A stretch of 64,000 nt of DNA from Heterodontus francisci (taxonomy: Eukaryota): NCBI RefSeq assembly GCF_036365525.1, contig NC_090404.1:9300001-9364000 (forward strand), given 5' to 3'. The notes under the pieces were generated by a model. It made no database searches. It was not told where the DNA came from and was given only the letters and a program-made list of their open reading frames with translations. Made by a program: the position numbers and the translations under genes. This document shows positions 25,538 through 38,520 of the stretch, one piece after another (positions within the stretch are counted from its first letter, which is position 1; every line of letters begins with the position of its first letter).

Positions 25538-26040
25538 ATGGGGAACCGTCTCTCACCGCTTCTCATCATTATATCACTTCTCAGTAAATATTTCCTTCCC
25601 AGTAAAAATCCATTCTCCCCCTGACTGCTGTAATCCAGATGGGATTGCTGATAAAATAATAGTGTTGGTGGTGATGATGTTTATGTTAATCAGTATGGGC
25701 TGATCCTGATTGTTGTTATTACCACTTTTATGCTGGAATGGAGCCATTAAGACTCAGTGGAACAGCCGGCTGCTGAAATAACGGATGAAGAGGAAAGTAA
25801 CGTCACACTGACCTGCAACATGAAAACAAACGCTGCAAATCCTTATTTGTACTGGTATAGCCAGCAGCCCAGGCAGCCTCCACACAACATGCTTCGTCTT
25901 CTTGGAGGGAATGTATACAGGAACACCGATATCACTGACTGAGTTTCTTCTACATTTAATAAAACTGCCAAGATTACTGACCCAACGATCGGCAACACCC
26001 TGATCTCCGACATCGCCGAGCATTTCTGTGCCATGGAGCC
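25538..26040 (+). pseudogene. TRAV/DV: TCR V pseudogene V9 (type-A leader 25538-25583; V12 family)
   Basis: Acceptor AG>GG, in-frame TAA and TGA; VTLTCNM..LYWYSQQP..HFCAMEP; heptamer cacactg 26041-26047 with shortened spacer. Confidence 0.88.
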
Positions 26041-27706
26041 CACACTGAGACACAGCGGATGCGGAAAAAAACCCACGTTGAGAGTTCCAGTTAATGCTCA
26101 GCAGAGGGCGCTCTCACACCGATCAACAGAAGCAATAGTTCAGACTCCTCAGTGAGAGTCACAGGGACCTTCTTAAAACTGCCACAAAGCACAAACCTCA
26201 ACAACAGGCGTAGTCCACTTGCGCGGTTATCTTAGTCTGTGGTTACAACTTACACGTATCATAAAATGAGCTTTACAAATCGATTTGTGATGCATTTATT
26301 CACCTCTTGTCTTTCGATGCCCTTTCCCTGCCTACACACTTTACCCATAATTGTATACATTTCCTTATTACACTCTTTAGATTACAGATATAAACACCTG
26401 TGCCTTCATTCAGACCCACTCCAACACAGCTACCCATAGATTCAGCCCTGGTTTAAACCAACTTCACTGAGGGAGATTTTGCTTATTATTGCATAATATA
26501 CTAGCACTCCTGTCCCGATCCTGCTTTCCCCCAATATGTAATGAATGTGGCAGTGTTGCAGCTCTTATAGAGAGCCCGAGTTATATAATTGCTGACGATA
26601 TTATTATTTAATTCCGCTCTTGACAAATGGATACTTCCCCCAGAAACCCCGCCCTTTGCTGTCTCTCTGACCTGTGAGCGGAAGGAGTAGAAGATGTGGA
26701 AAATAATATTAAAATGTGACTGACAGACACACCCTGGGACCTGATTTCTGAATCCATTCACTGTACCGTTAGTGGAGATCGATGGTAAAGGAGAGAACGA
26801 CAAACCGACACCGCCTGTATTTTGTTTCTTTTTCTGCTCGACACGTTTTTCGATTCTGAGTGACAGTTGTAAGGACAGTTTTTCATGTCCTGCTGCTATT
26901 GGGTTCTTGTTATGAGAATCGTCCTGCACCTCACCCTGGAGTCTTTGAACCCGCTCCCCGCGCTCTGCTCCCGCCACTTTCAACCAATGAGCGGCAAATT
27001 GCTAAAAGCCCCGATTCGCCGCTCCGTCGATTCTCTCTCATCGCTAATCCAACATCTGTAGATTATGGTTGTTTAATTTAATCATTACTAACAAAAGGAA
27101 TGTCGGGGTTCAATAGAAATAATTTAAACAACATTTTAAATGGAAACTAGGGTAGAGGGCGGTACTGGAAATGGTGTTTAAATTACAGCGAGAGTTTATT
27201 CTTTATGTGTGTTCAGTTGTTTGTTCAGTAACAGCAGATATCATCGTTCTAATAAGACCAATCTATAAATCACTCCGACAAACGACAGAATCATTGTTAG
27301 TTCACTAGTTAACTGATCGGTGAGAGAAATCTCACTGGAGTCACGGTTACCAGTGTGCTGATGGTGAGGTTACTGGAATTTGAGAGGAAGAATTGACGCC
27401 AGAATAAACCAAATCCATTAACAATCCCATGTTTCCTGTTACAATAACCAGACAAGGGTTTCAGTCCCCGCCCCACGTCTCTAACAGTGGAACCAGTCCC
27501 CATATAAGGACAGTGACTGTCGCCCAGCTCGGGGTGTTTCCATTCACTGACAACCAGCTCACCACCTACCGCTCTCACAGTACCACTGAGGACACAAGGA
27601 AGTGATGTCAGAGCATTCTGAGACACGACAGCAGATTATTGAGGGTGGGGATTAGAACGGGTGTCTTCAAATATCCAACTCCCCTTTTACAGAGCTGACA
27701 GCAACA

Positions 27707-28169
27707 ATGCGGCTACTCAGCATCTGGGTTGTGTGGGGAGCATTTCTGACAGGTAATTGTGGATTAAATACATTTAATCTTTTCTCTCATTTCACAAACA
27801 TGCTTTAAATACGATTTTTGAACACCCAGTCTGACCTTTTCCTGTTTAACCATGTTTTTCAGATCGGAGTCATGGAGATTCTGTCACTCAGTCGCTGTCC
27901 TCAGATGTTAAGACTCAAGGGGAAGCGGTGATTTTAAGCTGTACCTATGATACTACACAGAGCAACTATTATTTATACTGGTACCGGCAACACCCAGATA
28001 CACAGCCCGAGTTTATCCTGAGGAAATACACAGGCGGTGCTGAAAATAAAGCAGATTTTGCTAAAACCCGTTTCTCTGTAAAGCTCCAGAAAGCGACTAA
28101 ATTCACCAGTTTAACCATCTCGGGTCTGCAGCTGACTGACTCTGCCGTGTATTACTGCGCCTTCAGCCT
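27707..28169 (+). CDS. TRAV/DV: TCR V segment V10, apparently functional (leader 27707-27752 MRLLSIWVVWGAFLT, exon 27863-28169)
   Basis: SHGDSVTQS..LSCTY..LYWYRQHP..DSAVYYCAFS; RSS cacagtg 28170-28176, 23-bp spacer, acaaaaact 28200-28208; GGAAGTGATGTCA (ETS plus CRE-like decamer) at 27598-27610. Confidence 0.94.
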
Positions 28170-29377
28170 CACAGTGATGGAAAGCAGTCTCACCCCTGTA
28201 CAAAAACTGCCTTTGGACTGTGGGTGGGAGCTCCTGTCTGTTGTCGGTTGTGTAGAATCGCGGGCAGATGCAGCCACAATGTGCAGCGCACTGTCAGGCG
28301 CTCAAACACACACCGAGAGGAAACCAAATTAACCTCGGATCAAACTGTCACCCAACTGTTTCCAGGAGCGGCCGAGAAAACAAACTGCAGAATCCAATCA
28401 GACAGACAGATCCAGCACAGAATCATATTTGAAAACATTAGTTCTAAACCCCACCCTCAATAATCTGCTGTCGTGTCTCAGGATTCTCTCACCTCACTTC
28501 CTTGTGTCCCCAGTGGTGCTGTGAGACCGGTAGGTGGTGAGCTGGCTGTCAGTGAATGGAAACACCCCGAGCTGTGCTTCCGTCAGAGTCCTGATAGGGG
28601 AATTGTTGAACGTTTAGAGACCAGGGGTGGGTATGAAACCCTGGTCTGTCCATTCTCACCAGCAAGCTCGGGATTGTTAATGGTGACACAAACCATCCCA
28701 GGATTAAGGAGACATGCTGAAGCACAATGGTGATTGAGGGGATTTTGTGCTTGGGGCTTGTTTTAAATATCACAGACACTACCTTGTGGAATCTGTTCAT
28801 TGTGGCCTGCTCCTGCTCCTAATTCGCATGTTCGTATGTTCGTAATCCCCAAGCACAGAGTTCCCCCAATGTTCATTGTTCTTCAGGATGTAGAGTTTTC
28901 TGGCGATAAATAACGGACAATGGTTTCATTCTCACCCCAGTCTGTAAAAGTGAAAGGGACCCACTATCAGGACTCTGACTGGAGCCCAGCTCAGGGTGTT
29001 TCTATTCACTGACAGCCAGCTCACTTGCCAGTCTCACAACACCACTGAGGACTCGAGGAAATAAACTGAGAGAATCCTGAGACATTATTGAGGGTGGAGA
29101 TTAGAACACGTGCTTTCAAATATGATTCTGTGTTGGATTTCTCAGTCCGATTGGATTCTGCAGTTTGTTTTCTCGGCCTCTCCTGGAAACAGTTGGGTGA
29201 CAGTTTGATCCGAGGTTAATTTGGTTTCCTCTCGGTGTGTATTTGAGCGCCTGACAGCGCGCTGCACATTGTGGCTGCATCTGCCCGCGATTCCACGCAA
29301 CCCCAACAGACAGGAGCTCCCACCCACAGTCCAAAGGCAGTTTTTGTACAGGGGTGAGACTGCTTTCCATCACTGTG

Positions 29378-29842
29378 AGGCTGAAGGCGCAGTAATACAC
29401 GGCAGAGTCAGTCAGCTGCAGACCCGAGATGGTTAAACTGGTGAATTTAGTCGCTTTCTGGAGCTCAGCAGAGAAACGGGTTTTAGCAAAATCTGCTTTA
29501 TCTTCAGCACCGCCTGTGTATTTCCACAGTATAAACTCGGGTTGTGTATCTGGGTGTTGTCGATACCAGTATAATGTATAGCTGCTCTGTGTAGTATCAT
29601 AGGTACAGTTTAAAGTCACCGCTTCTCCTTCTGTCTTAACATCTGAGGGCTGGAGCTGAGTGACAGAATCTCCATGACTCCGATCTGAAAAACAAGTTTA
29701 AACAGGAAAAAATCAAACCAAGTCTGTTGAAAATTCAGGTTTAAAACATGTTTGTGAAATGAGAGAAAAGATGAAATGTGCTTAGTTCACAATTACCTGT
29801 CAGAAATGCTCCCCACACAACCCAGATGCTGAGTAGCCGCAT
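29378..29842 (-). CDS. TRAV/DV: TCR V segment V11, apparently functional; inverted duplicate of V10 (leader 29842-29797, exon 29684-29378)
   Basis: Same leader; LNCTY..LYWYRQHP..DSAVYYCAFS; RSS cacagtg 29377-29371, 23-bp spacer, acaaaaact 29347-29339. Confidence 0.94.
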
Positions 29843-31099
29843 TGTCGCTGTCCGCTCTGTAAAAGGGGAGTTGGATATTTGAAGACACCCGTTCTAATCC
29901 CCACCCTCAATAATCTGCTGTTGTGTCTCAGGATTCTCTCACCTCACTTCCTTGTGTCCCCAGTGGTGCTGTGAGAGCGGTAGGTGGTGATCTGGCTGTC
30001 AGTGAATGGAAACACCCCGAGCTGGGCGACAGTCTCTGTCCTTATATGGGGAATGGTTCCGCTGTTAGAGACGTGGGGCGGGGACTGAAATCCTTGTCTG
30101 GTTATTGTAACCGGAAACATGGGATTGTTAATGGGGTTGGTTTATTCTGGCGTCAATTCTTCCTCTCAAATTCCAGTATCTTCACCATCAGGGCACTGGT
30201 AACCGTGACTCCAGTGAAATTTCTCTCACCGATCAGTTAACTGGTGAACTAACAATGATTCTGCATTTTGCCGGGGCCATTTTTGGATCCGTCATATTAG
30301 AACGATGATCTCTGCTGTTTCTGAACAAACAACTGAACAGAAATAATGAATAAACTCTCGCTGTAATTTAAACAATGTTTCCAGCACCGTCCTCTTCGCT
30401 GGTTTGCATTTAAAATGTTGTTTAAATTCTTTCTGTTGAATTCTGACATTCCTTTTGTCCGTAATGACTAATTTAAACATCCATAATCTATAGATTTTGA
30501 GAGAGTGTTGAGAGAGCGGCGAATCGGGGCTTTTTGGCAATTTGCCGCCCGTCGGCTGAAAGTGGCGGGAGCAGAGCGCGGGAAGCGGGTTCAAAGCCTC
30601 CAGGGTGAGGTGTAGGGCGGATCCTCTTCACAAATGCTCAACATCGGCAGGACATGAAAGACTGCCTTTGCAACTTTTACACAGATTGGAAAAACCAGTG
30701 GAGCAGAAAAAGAAACAAAATACATGCGGTTTCAGTTTGTCTTTCGGTCCTTTCGCATCGATCTGCACTAACGGTACAGTGAATGGATTCAGAAATCAGA
30801 TCTCAGCATGTGTCTGTCAGTCACAGTTTGATATCCTTTCCACATCTTCCACACTTTCCACTCACTTGTCCTGCTCACTGGTTAATATTAGAGTCCGTCC
30901 TTCGATATGTGGATGCTTGTTTGTGTTGATTATTGGTCAATGTAACTTCTCAAACCCATTGAGCTAAGTTGATTTCAGGTACATTATTCCAAAATATCCT
31001 TAGATTTTGGGGAAACAGAAATGAACTCACTGTTATTACTGCTCTAGACATGTTTCTCTATACATCATATTTGGCCCTATCTCCTCTATTATTGCACTG

Positions 31100-31588
31100 G
31101 ACATGTCTGTGTTTATATTCCACACGAGCAGCACCCGATCTTTCAATTAGGCACTCTACAGCCTAGCGGAGTGAACAACAACCTCAGAACATGACTGGCC
31201 TTTTCTTTATATTTTTATATTTTTTATTTTGTTTTATTTTATTTTTCAACCATGTGCCTCTTTTTCTTGTAGTCAGAGCTGCTCATTATTCTGCTATTAA
31301 CACTCCCTCTGACTAATGCTTTGTCTTTCACAACAAGCATTAACACATTCTTTGCCTTTGTCCCAGGACAGCTTTGCTATTTAGTCTCGCCTGCCTTCTG
31401 CCCTATCCCCTTTTGTTCTCCTCCCTACCATCCCCCCGCATCTCCTTCACTTGCTTGAAACCGAATTCTTATCTAGCCTTTGCCAGTTGTGATGAAAGGT
31501 CACAGAGCTGAAATGTTAACTCTGCTTCTCTCTCCACAGATGCTGCCAGACCTGAGGACAGCGGCTGAGTGAGAGAATCTCCATGAAT
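31100..31588. mobile_element. PLE 3' fragment fused to a ~36-bp V2-family FR1 relic (31552-31588, minus)
   Basis: Matches 18770-19210; then acctgaggacagcggctgagtgagagaatctccatga, matching 5277-5313 (HGDSLTQPLSSG). Confidence 0.75.
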
Positions 31589-32599
31589 ATAATTTGCCGC
31601 TGATCCGCTGATAGTGACCGGGAGTAGAGCACGGGGAGCAGGTTCAAAGCCTCCAGGGTGAGTTTTCTCATTAATAAGAACCCAACACCAGCAGGACATG
31701 AAAAACTGTCTTTACAACTTTCCCCTGGAATAGAAAAAGAAGCGAATCAGAAAAAGAAACAAAATACAGGCGGTATCGGTTTGTCTTTCTCTCCTTTAAT
31801 ATCGATCTTCACTAACGGTCCAGTTAATGGGTACAGAAATCATATCTCAACGTGTGTCTTTCATTCACATTTCAATATGCTTTCTCCCTGTTTCGCACGC
31901 TCCATTCACTGGTCCTACGCACTGTTTAGTATCAGAAGCCGATAGATAAATAGATTTTTTTTGGTGATGATTATTGCCTAACTTATCTCCCCACCCCATG
32001 GAGATAAGTTGATTTCAACTAATGAACTTTTATTTATTCCAAAATATACTCGGTTTAACTCGCTGCCAGGGGTTTGATCAGCCAAAGGAATTGTGTGATC
32101 TGACGCCCTCTGGTGGATATTCTGAGAAGTGTTCAATTGTCGGTGAACGGAGTTTGAGAATTCTGTTTTTATTCATCAACCAATCACAAATTCCTGCTTA
32201 TAGAAAACTGGATTCCAGCACTTCTGAATTAATATGCCGAGCAGAAATAATGGATTTATATCGTTAAATTAACGACTGGAAGAAGGAGACGAGCGATGAG
32301 AAAGAATCGGCACAGAAAAGACGTCAGAAGACATATAGTCACTACAGGCCCGGCAGGTACATTTGTAAATATTTATTATAAATGCGAGTTGAAATCACAA
32401 ACTAATATAATTCTGCAAGTCGACCTCATCTGCTGTTGCTTGTTGATTTTTGACCTTTAAAACTCTCCCTGTGACTCTCGCAGTGGGGGCTGAATTACTG
32501 TTTCTGTTTATGGGTGCGAGAGCGCCCTCTGGTGAACACTAACTGGAACTCTCAGTGTGGGTTTTTGTACGGGATCCGCTATATCGCTGCAGCAGTGTG

Positions 32600-33080
32600 G
32601 GGTTCATGGCACAGAAATACACAGCGGTGTCAGAGATCAGGGTATTGCTGATAGTTAATTTCGTAATCTTGGTCGTTTTACTAAACGTAGAAGAGAATCG
32701 GTCAGTGAAGTCGGGGCTCCGGTTTACGATCCCTGCATAGAGATAAAACACGTACCGTGGAGGCTGCCCAAGGTGCTGACTGTACCAGAACACATAAGGG
32801 CTGGGATTGCTTGTTTTTACGGTGCAGTTTAGTGTGACATTACTTTCTTCTTCAACCGTCATTTCAGGAACCGGCTGTTCCACTGCGTCTTGGTGACTCC
32901 ATTCTAACATAAAATAATAATAATAGTCAACAGCAAGGTCATGCTCTTCATCACATCAACACTTTACCAATGGTAACACCTGGGTTACAGCAATCAGGGG
33001 GGAACTGGATTTTTACTGGGAAAGAAATACTTACTGGCAAGTGTTATAAGGATGAGGAACGATGCGAGACGGTTCGGCAT
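32600..33080 (-). CDS. TRAV/DV: TCR V segment V12, apparently functional (leader 33080-33035, exon 32903-32600)
   Basis: MPNRLASFLILITLA then GTAAGT; DAVEQP..LNCTV..VFWYSQH..DTAVYFCAMN; RSS cacactg 32599-32593, 24-bp spacer, acaaaaacc 32568-32560. Confidence 0.92.
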
Positions 33081-33910
33081 GGTGGTCTTTGAGTCTGTAA
33101 CTCTGCAGACCAGGAAATCCTCGGTTGTAGCAGAAATACAGATCGCACCCCAATGCACCACTGAACCACCCAATGACAAACAGGGCACAGCGGCTGCAAA
33201 CTCTTCTATAACACCGGTCAGGGAAGGCGGCTCAGACCGACAGCAGCAAATAGAAACTGTGGGCGTTGCTACCACTGGCAGTGTCACCGTATGCTTAATC
33301 TGGATAATTCCCAGTTGATAACAGCGAGAAACATGTGACTCCGGAACTCTCTGGCGGTGACTCTGAGAACGTTACAGATAATGTCCAGATAATGGCAGAG
33401 TGAAGTGTGACCTGATCTAATTGTTAGATTCATGAATCCATTTACTGGGAGTCGCTTTACAGATAATTCAACTGTATAACTAGGAGGAAGAAAATATGAA
33501 TGAGTTGAAAGGAAAGTGCCTTTTACTTATTTTCTGAATCCATTTCTTCATAGCTTTCTTTACCTTGTAGCTTTGTGTTTCATTCTGGTTCTTTCTCACT
33601 TTCTTTTATTGCTCTTTCCTCATGTTCCTAGTTTGCTCTACACGGACTAGGAAAGTGTTTTTTTTTTCTCCTTCTCTCATTCTTCCTTTCATGGTTTTAC
33701 TACTGTTTTCTCCCGCTGTGTTTCCAACTCTCTATTTCTCACTTTCCTTACCTCTTTCTCTCTCTATTTACTTTTTTTTAAATCTCATTCACTATAGATA
33801 TCGATTATTATAGCAGTGCCACTCACAATGCCGATACTCCAATCACACAAGAGCGGCTCTCCCACTGTGCAGGTTCCTGTACCGACCCTGTACTTGTTCA
33901 TTAAACTGTG

Positions 33911-34190
33911 TCCTCACAGCTCAGAGATAGGTGGCGGTGTCTGTCACTCACATCTTTCTTACAGTCAGTGCACTGAGTTTGTAGTCTCCCCCGATTGAAG
34001 TAGTGATCCTCCCGTGTTGATCAGTGAGCTTGTGGCCATCACCAGATGCTGGAGGGGCTGATAAGGTTGCTGTCTGTAAAAGTGTAGAACAGTAAACGGA
34101 AGGTAATGGAGCAGTTCATGGAGACAATTCTCGCTTCACTGACAACCACCCGCGGAGGGAGAGGCATCACCTCCTCTTCACCGACGGCAT
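33911..34190 (-). pseudogene. TRAV/DV: TCR V pseudogene (V6 family)
   Basis: DAVGEEEV..VSMNCS.. frameshift ..DTATYL*AVR; RSS cacagtt 33910-33904, 23-bp spacer, acaggaacc 33880-33872. Confidence 0.8.
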
Positions 34191-34498
34191 CCACACAGAC
34201 AGTGTAAAACAGCAAGTAGAATCTGTAAATCCGGTACATTATCAGATCAGATGAAACGGAGTCTGAAAGTATTGTACTAGGACGTCGGGCTAGAGCCAGG
34301 ACGCGTATATTTTATTCAGGAGAATTAACAAGGACTCAAACGCCAGCTGCAGGTCCAACTCAGAGGCTTCTTCTTGTCGACCTTTAGAAACTGAGGCTGA
34401 GTCTCGGGGATTACCCTCCCCCTTCCCAACAACCCCCACCACACCACCACCACCACCAACCCCGCATTACCCACATACAGTGTTTCTTACTGATACCA

Positions 34499-36270
34499 GC
34501 TCACATTGTCTCTGATCTTACACTGTCTTTGAGCTGACACTGTCTCTGAACTCACACTGTCTCTGAGCTCACGTTGTCTCTGAACTCACACTGTCTCTGA
34601 TCTTACACTGTCCTTGAGCTGACACTGTCTCTGAACTCACACTGTCTCTGAGCTCACATTGTCTCTGAACTCACACTGTCTCTGATCTTACACTGTCTTT
34701 GAGCTGACACTGTCTCTGACCTCACACTGTCTCTGACCTCACATTGTCTCTGAACTCACACTGTCTCTGATCTTACACTGTCTTTGAGCTGACACTGTCT
34801 CTGAACTCACACTGTCTCTGAGCTCACATTGTCTCTGAACTCACACTGTCTCTGATCTTACACTGTCTTTGAGCTGACACTGTCTCTGAACTCACACTGT
34901 CTCTGAGCTCACATTGTCTCTGAACTCACACTGTCTCTGATCTTACACTGTCTTTGAGCTGACACTGTCTCTGACCTCACACTGTCTCTGACCTCACATT
35001 GTCTCTGACCTCACACTGTCTCTGACCTCACACTGTTTCTGAGCTCACACTGTCTCTGAATTCACACTGTCTCTGAGCTGACACTGTCTCTGAACTTCCA
35101 CAGTCTTTGAGCTGACACTGTCTCTGACCTCACACTGTCTCTGACCTCACATTGTCTCTGACCTCACACTGTTTCTGATCTTACACTGTCTTTGAACTCA
35201 CCCTTCTCTGAGCTCACACTGTCTCTGAGCTGACACTGTCTCTGAGCTCACACTGTCTCTGAGCTGACACTGTCTCTGACCTCACACTGTCTTTGAGCTC
35301 ACACTTTTTCAGAGCTCACACTGGCTGTTCTCATACTGTCTCTGACATCACACTGTCTCTGAGTTCGCACTGTCTCGAGTTCACACTGTCTCTGAGCTCA
35401 CACTGTCTCTGAGCTCACACTTTTTCAGAGCTCACACTGTCTCTGACCTCACACAGTCTCTGAGTTGACACTGTCTCTGAGCTCACATAGTCTCTGATCT
35501 TACACTGTCTTTGAACTCACACTGTCTCTGAGCTGATACTGTCTCTGAGCTCACATTGTCTCTGATCTTACACTGTCTTTGAACTCACACTGTCTCTGAG
35601 CTGATACTGTCTCTGAGCTCACATTGTCTCTGATCTTACACTGTCTTTGAACTCACACTGTCTCTGAGCTGATACTGTCTCTGAGCTCACATTGTCTCTG
35701 ATCTTACACTGTCTCTGAGCTGATACTGTCTCTGAGCTCACATTGTCTCTGATCTTACACTGTCTTTGAACTCACACTGTCTCTGAGCTGACACTGTCTC
35801 TGACCTCACATTGTCTCTGACCTCACACTGTCTCTGAGCTCACACTGTCTCTGACCTCACACTGTCTCTGACCTCACACTGTCTCTGACCTCACACTGTC
35901 TCTGAGCTGATACCGTCTCTGAGCTCACACTGTCTCTGAGCTCATACTGTCTCTAAGCTGATACTGTCTCTGAGTTCACACTGTCTCTGACCTCACACTG
36001 TCTCTGACCTCACACTGTCTCTGACCTCACACTGTCTCTGAGCTCACACTCTGAGCTCGCACTGGCTCTGAACTCACACTGTCTCTGAGCTCACACTGTC
36101 TCTGACCTCACACTGTTTCAGAGCTCACACTGTCTCTTAGCTCACTCTGTTTCTGAGCTCACACTGGCTCTAATCTCACACTGTCTCTGACCTCACTCCG
36201 TTTCTGAGCTCACACTGTCTCTGACCTCACACTGTTTCAGAGCTCACACTGGCTCTGATCTCAGACCGTG
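34499..36270. repeat. 17-bp minisatellite (CTCACACTGTCTCTGAG), about 100 copies, with an 85-bp higher-order unit in the 5' part
   Basis: Direct inspection; 5-monomer period visible at 34550-34970. Confidence 0.95.
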
Positions 36271-36309
36271 TTTCCCACACTCAGTCTTTCTCATTTTTAA
36301 AAAATCTAT

Positions 36310-36720
36310 CTCCCTCTGTTGGTGTCTCTCTGTATCATTGTACTCAGTCTCACCTTTATCTATCACCCTCTGTTGGTGTCTCTCTGTATCGATGTACTCA
36401 ATCTCAATTTTATCGATAGTGCTCTGTTGGTGTCTCTCTATTTCACACACTGTACTCAGTCTCACCTTTATCTATCACCCTCTGTTGGTGTCTCTCTGTA
36501 TCGCTGTACTCAATCTCAATTTTATCGACAGTGCTCTGTTGGTGTCTCTCTACTTCACACACTGTACTCAGTCTCACCTTTATCTATCACCCTCTGTTGC
36601 TGTCTCACTTTGTCACTCACCATACTCAGTCTCACCTTTATCTATCTCTTTCAGTTGGTGTTTCGCTGCGTCACTAACTGTAGTCAGTCTCATCTTTATC
36701 TACCTTTGTTTGTGTCTCTC
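36310..36720. repeat. Composite ~113-bp tandem repeat
   Basis: tgtactcagtctcacctttatctatcaccctctgttg recurs at about 36339, 36451 and 36563. Confidence 0.8.
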
Positions 36721-36809
36721 TTTATCAGTCAGACTTTCCCCATATCATGTTCTCTAGAATAGCCAGTGATATTCCAAAATGTTACACTCTGGTCGAGGGG
36801 CTGGTAAAA

Positions 36810-38520
36810 AATCAGTCCCTGGTCTCATCAATGCCCTGCATAACTGAAGCATAACATCCTTACTTTTATTTTCAGTTCCTCTTGTAATAAAGGATAACAT
36901 TCGATTAGCCTCCTTTATTATTTGCTGAACCTTCATACTAACTTTCAGTGACTCATGCACTAGAACACCTAGATCAGTCTGCACTTCGGAATTCTGCGGT
37001 CGTTTTTCAGTTAAGTAATACTCTGCTCTTTTATTCTTCCTGCCAAAGTGAACAACTTCACATTTTCCCACATTATACTGCATCTGCCAGATTTTTCTCA
37101 CTAACTCAACCTATCTATATCCGGCTGCAACCTCCTTATGTCCTCTTCACGGCCTACTTTCCTGCCTATCTTTGTGTCATCTGCAAATTTAGCTACCATG
37201 CCATCTCTCCCCTCATCTGTGGTGTTGATATAAATTGTAAAACATTGAGGTCACAGCACAGACCCCTGTAGGACTCCACTTGTCACATCCCGCCAATCAG
37301 AAAAGGACCCATTTATGCATACTCTGTTTTCTGCCAGCTAGCCAATCTCCTATCCATGCTAATATCTTACATCCTACACCATGAGCTCCTACTTTGTGCA
37401 ATCACCTTTTATGTGGCACCTTGTCAAATGCCTTCTGGAAATTCAAGTGCAGTATGTCAACGGGCTCCCCTTTACCCACAGTGCGTGTTACTCATTCAAA
37501 GAACTCAAATAAATTGGTTAAACATGACTTTCCTTTCACAAACCATGCTGACTATTCTCGTTTACCTTGAGTTTTTCTATGTACCCAGCTATAACCTCCT
37601 TAATGATCGATTCCAGCACCTTCCCCATGACAGACGTCGAGCTAACTGGCCTATAGGTACCTGTATTCTGCCTCCCACCCTTCTTGAATAGAGGGGTTAT
37701 ATTTGCTACTTTCCAGTCTGATGGAAGCTTTCCAGAATCTAGCGATTCAAAGGAACCTCTGGGGGGTAAAGCACTTTGGGATGTCCTGATGTCGTGAAAG
37801 GCTATCTGAGAATGCATTTCTTACTTTAATTATTTGATGTATTGAACTCAGTGCTCTAACATGCCAAAACGTAACACCAACGCATCTACTACGTCATTAG
37901 CCACCTCTTTTAAGACCCTAGGATGACGTCCATCAAGACCTGGAGACTGGTCAGCCCGCAGTTCCATCAGTTTGCTAACTACCAATTTCCTGGTGATTGC
38001 AATTTCACCAAGTTTCTCTCTTCCTTCCACCTCCTGATTTACAGCTATTACTGAAATGTTTTTTGTATCCACAATAGTGAAGACAGAAACGACATATTTG
38101 GTCATTTCATTCGCCATTTCCTTATCACCGACTATTAACTCCCCATTCTCACTGTCTAGAGGACACTTTACTTGCTCTTTTATTAAATACCTATAGAAAC
38201 TCTTGCTATCCGTTTTTACATTTCTAGATAGTTTCCTCTCATACTCTAATTTCTTTCTCGTGATTAATCTTTTAGTCATTCTCTGCCGTAATTCATATTC
38301 TGACCAATCTGAACTGACAAGTCCCCAGGTCCTGATGGACTGCATCCTAGGGTCTTAAAAGAGGTGGCTAATGACCTGCCAGTCATCTTTGCGCAATTAT
38401 ATGCCTTTTCCTTAAATTTGATGCTTTCCTTCACTTCTTTAGTTAACCACGGATGGTGGGTCCTCCCTTTAGAATTTTTCTTTATAGTGGGAAGACGCCT
38501 ATTCTGAGCATTCTGAAATA
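36810..38520 (-). mobile_element. Fragmented CR1 LINE with a local inversion (about 38320-38372)
   Basis: WQMQYNVGKCEVVHFG; DWKVANITPLFKKG..YRPVS; PGLDGRHPRVLKE. Confidence 0.85.

Larger units (their letters stand above)
26720..30870. repeat. Inverted segmental duplication (arms about 26720-28600 and 28960-30870)
   Basis: Reverse-complement similarity across the upstream region, promoter, leader, V, RSS and 3' flank; a third partial copy at 31620-32040. Confidence 0.88.

Noticed and set aside
34499-36270. CRISPR-like array
   Set aside because: Head-to-tail 17-bp monomers with no unique spacers, in a vertebrate context
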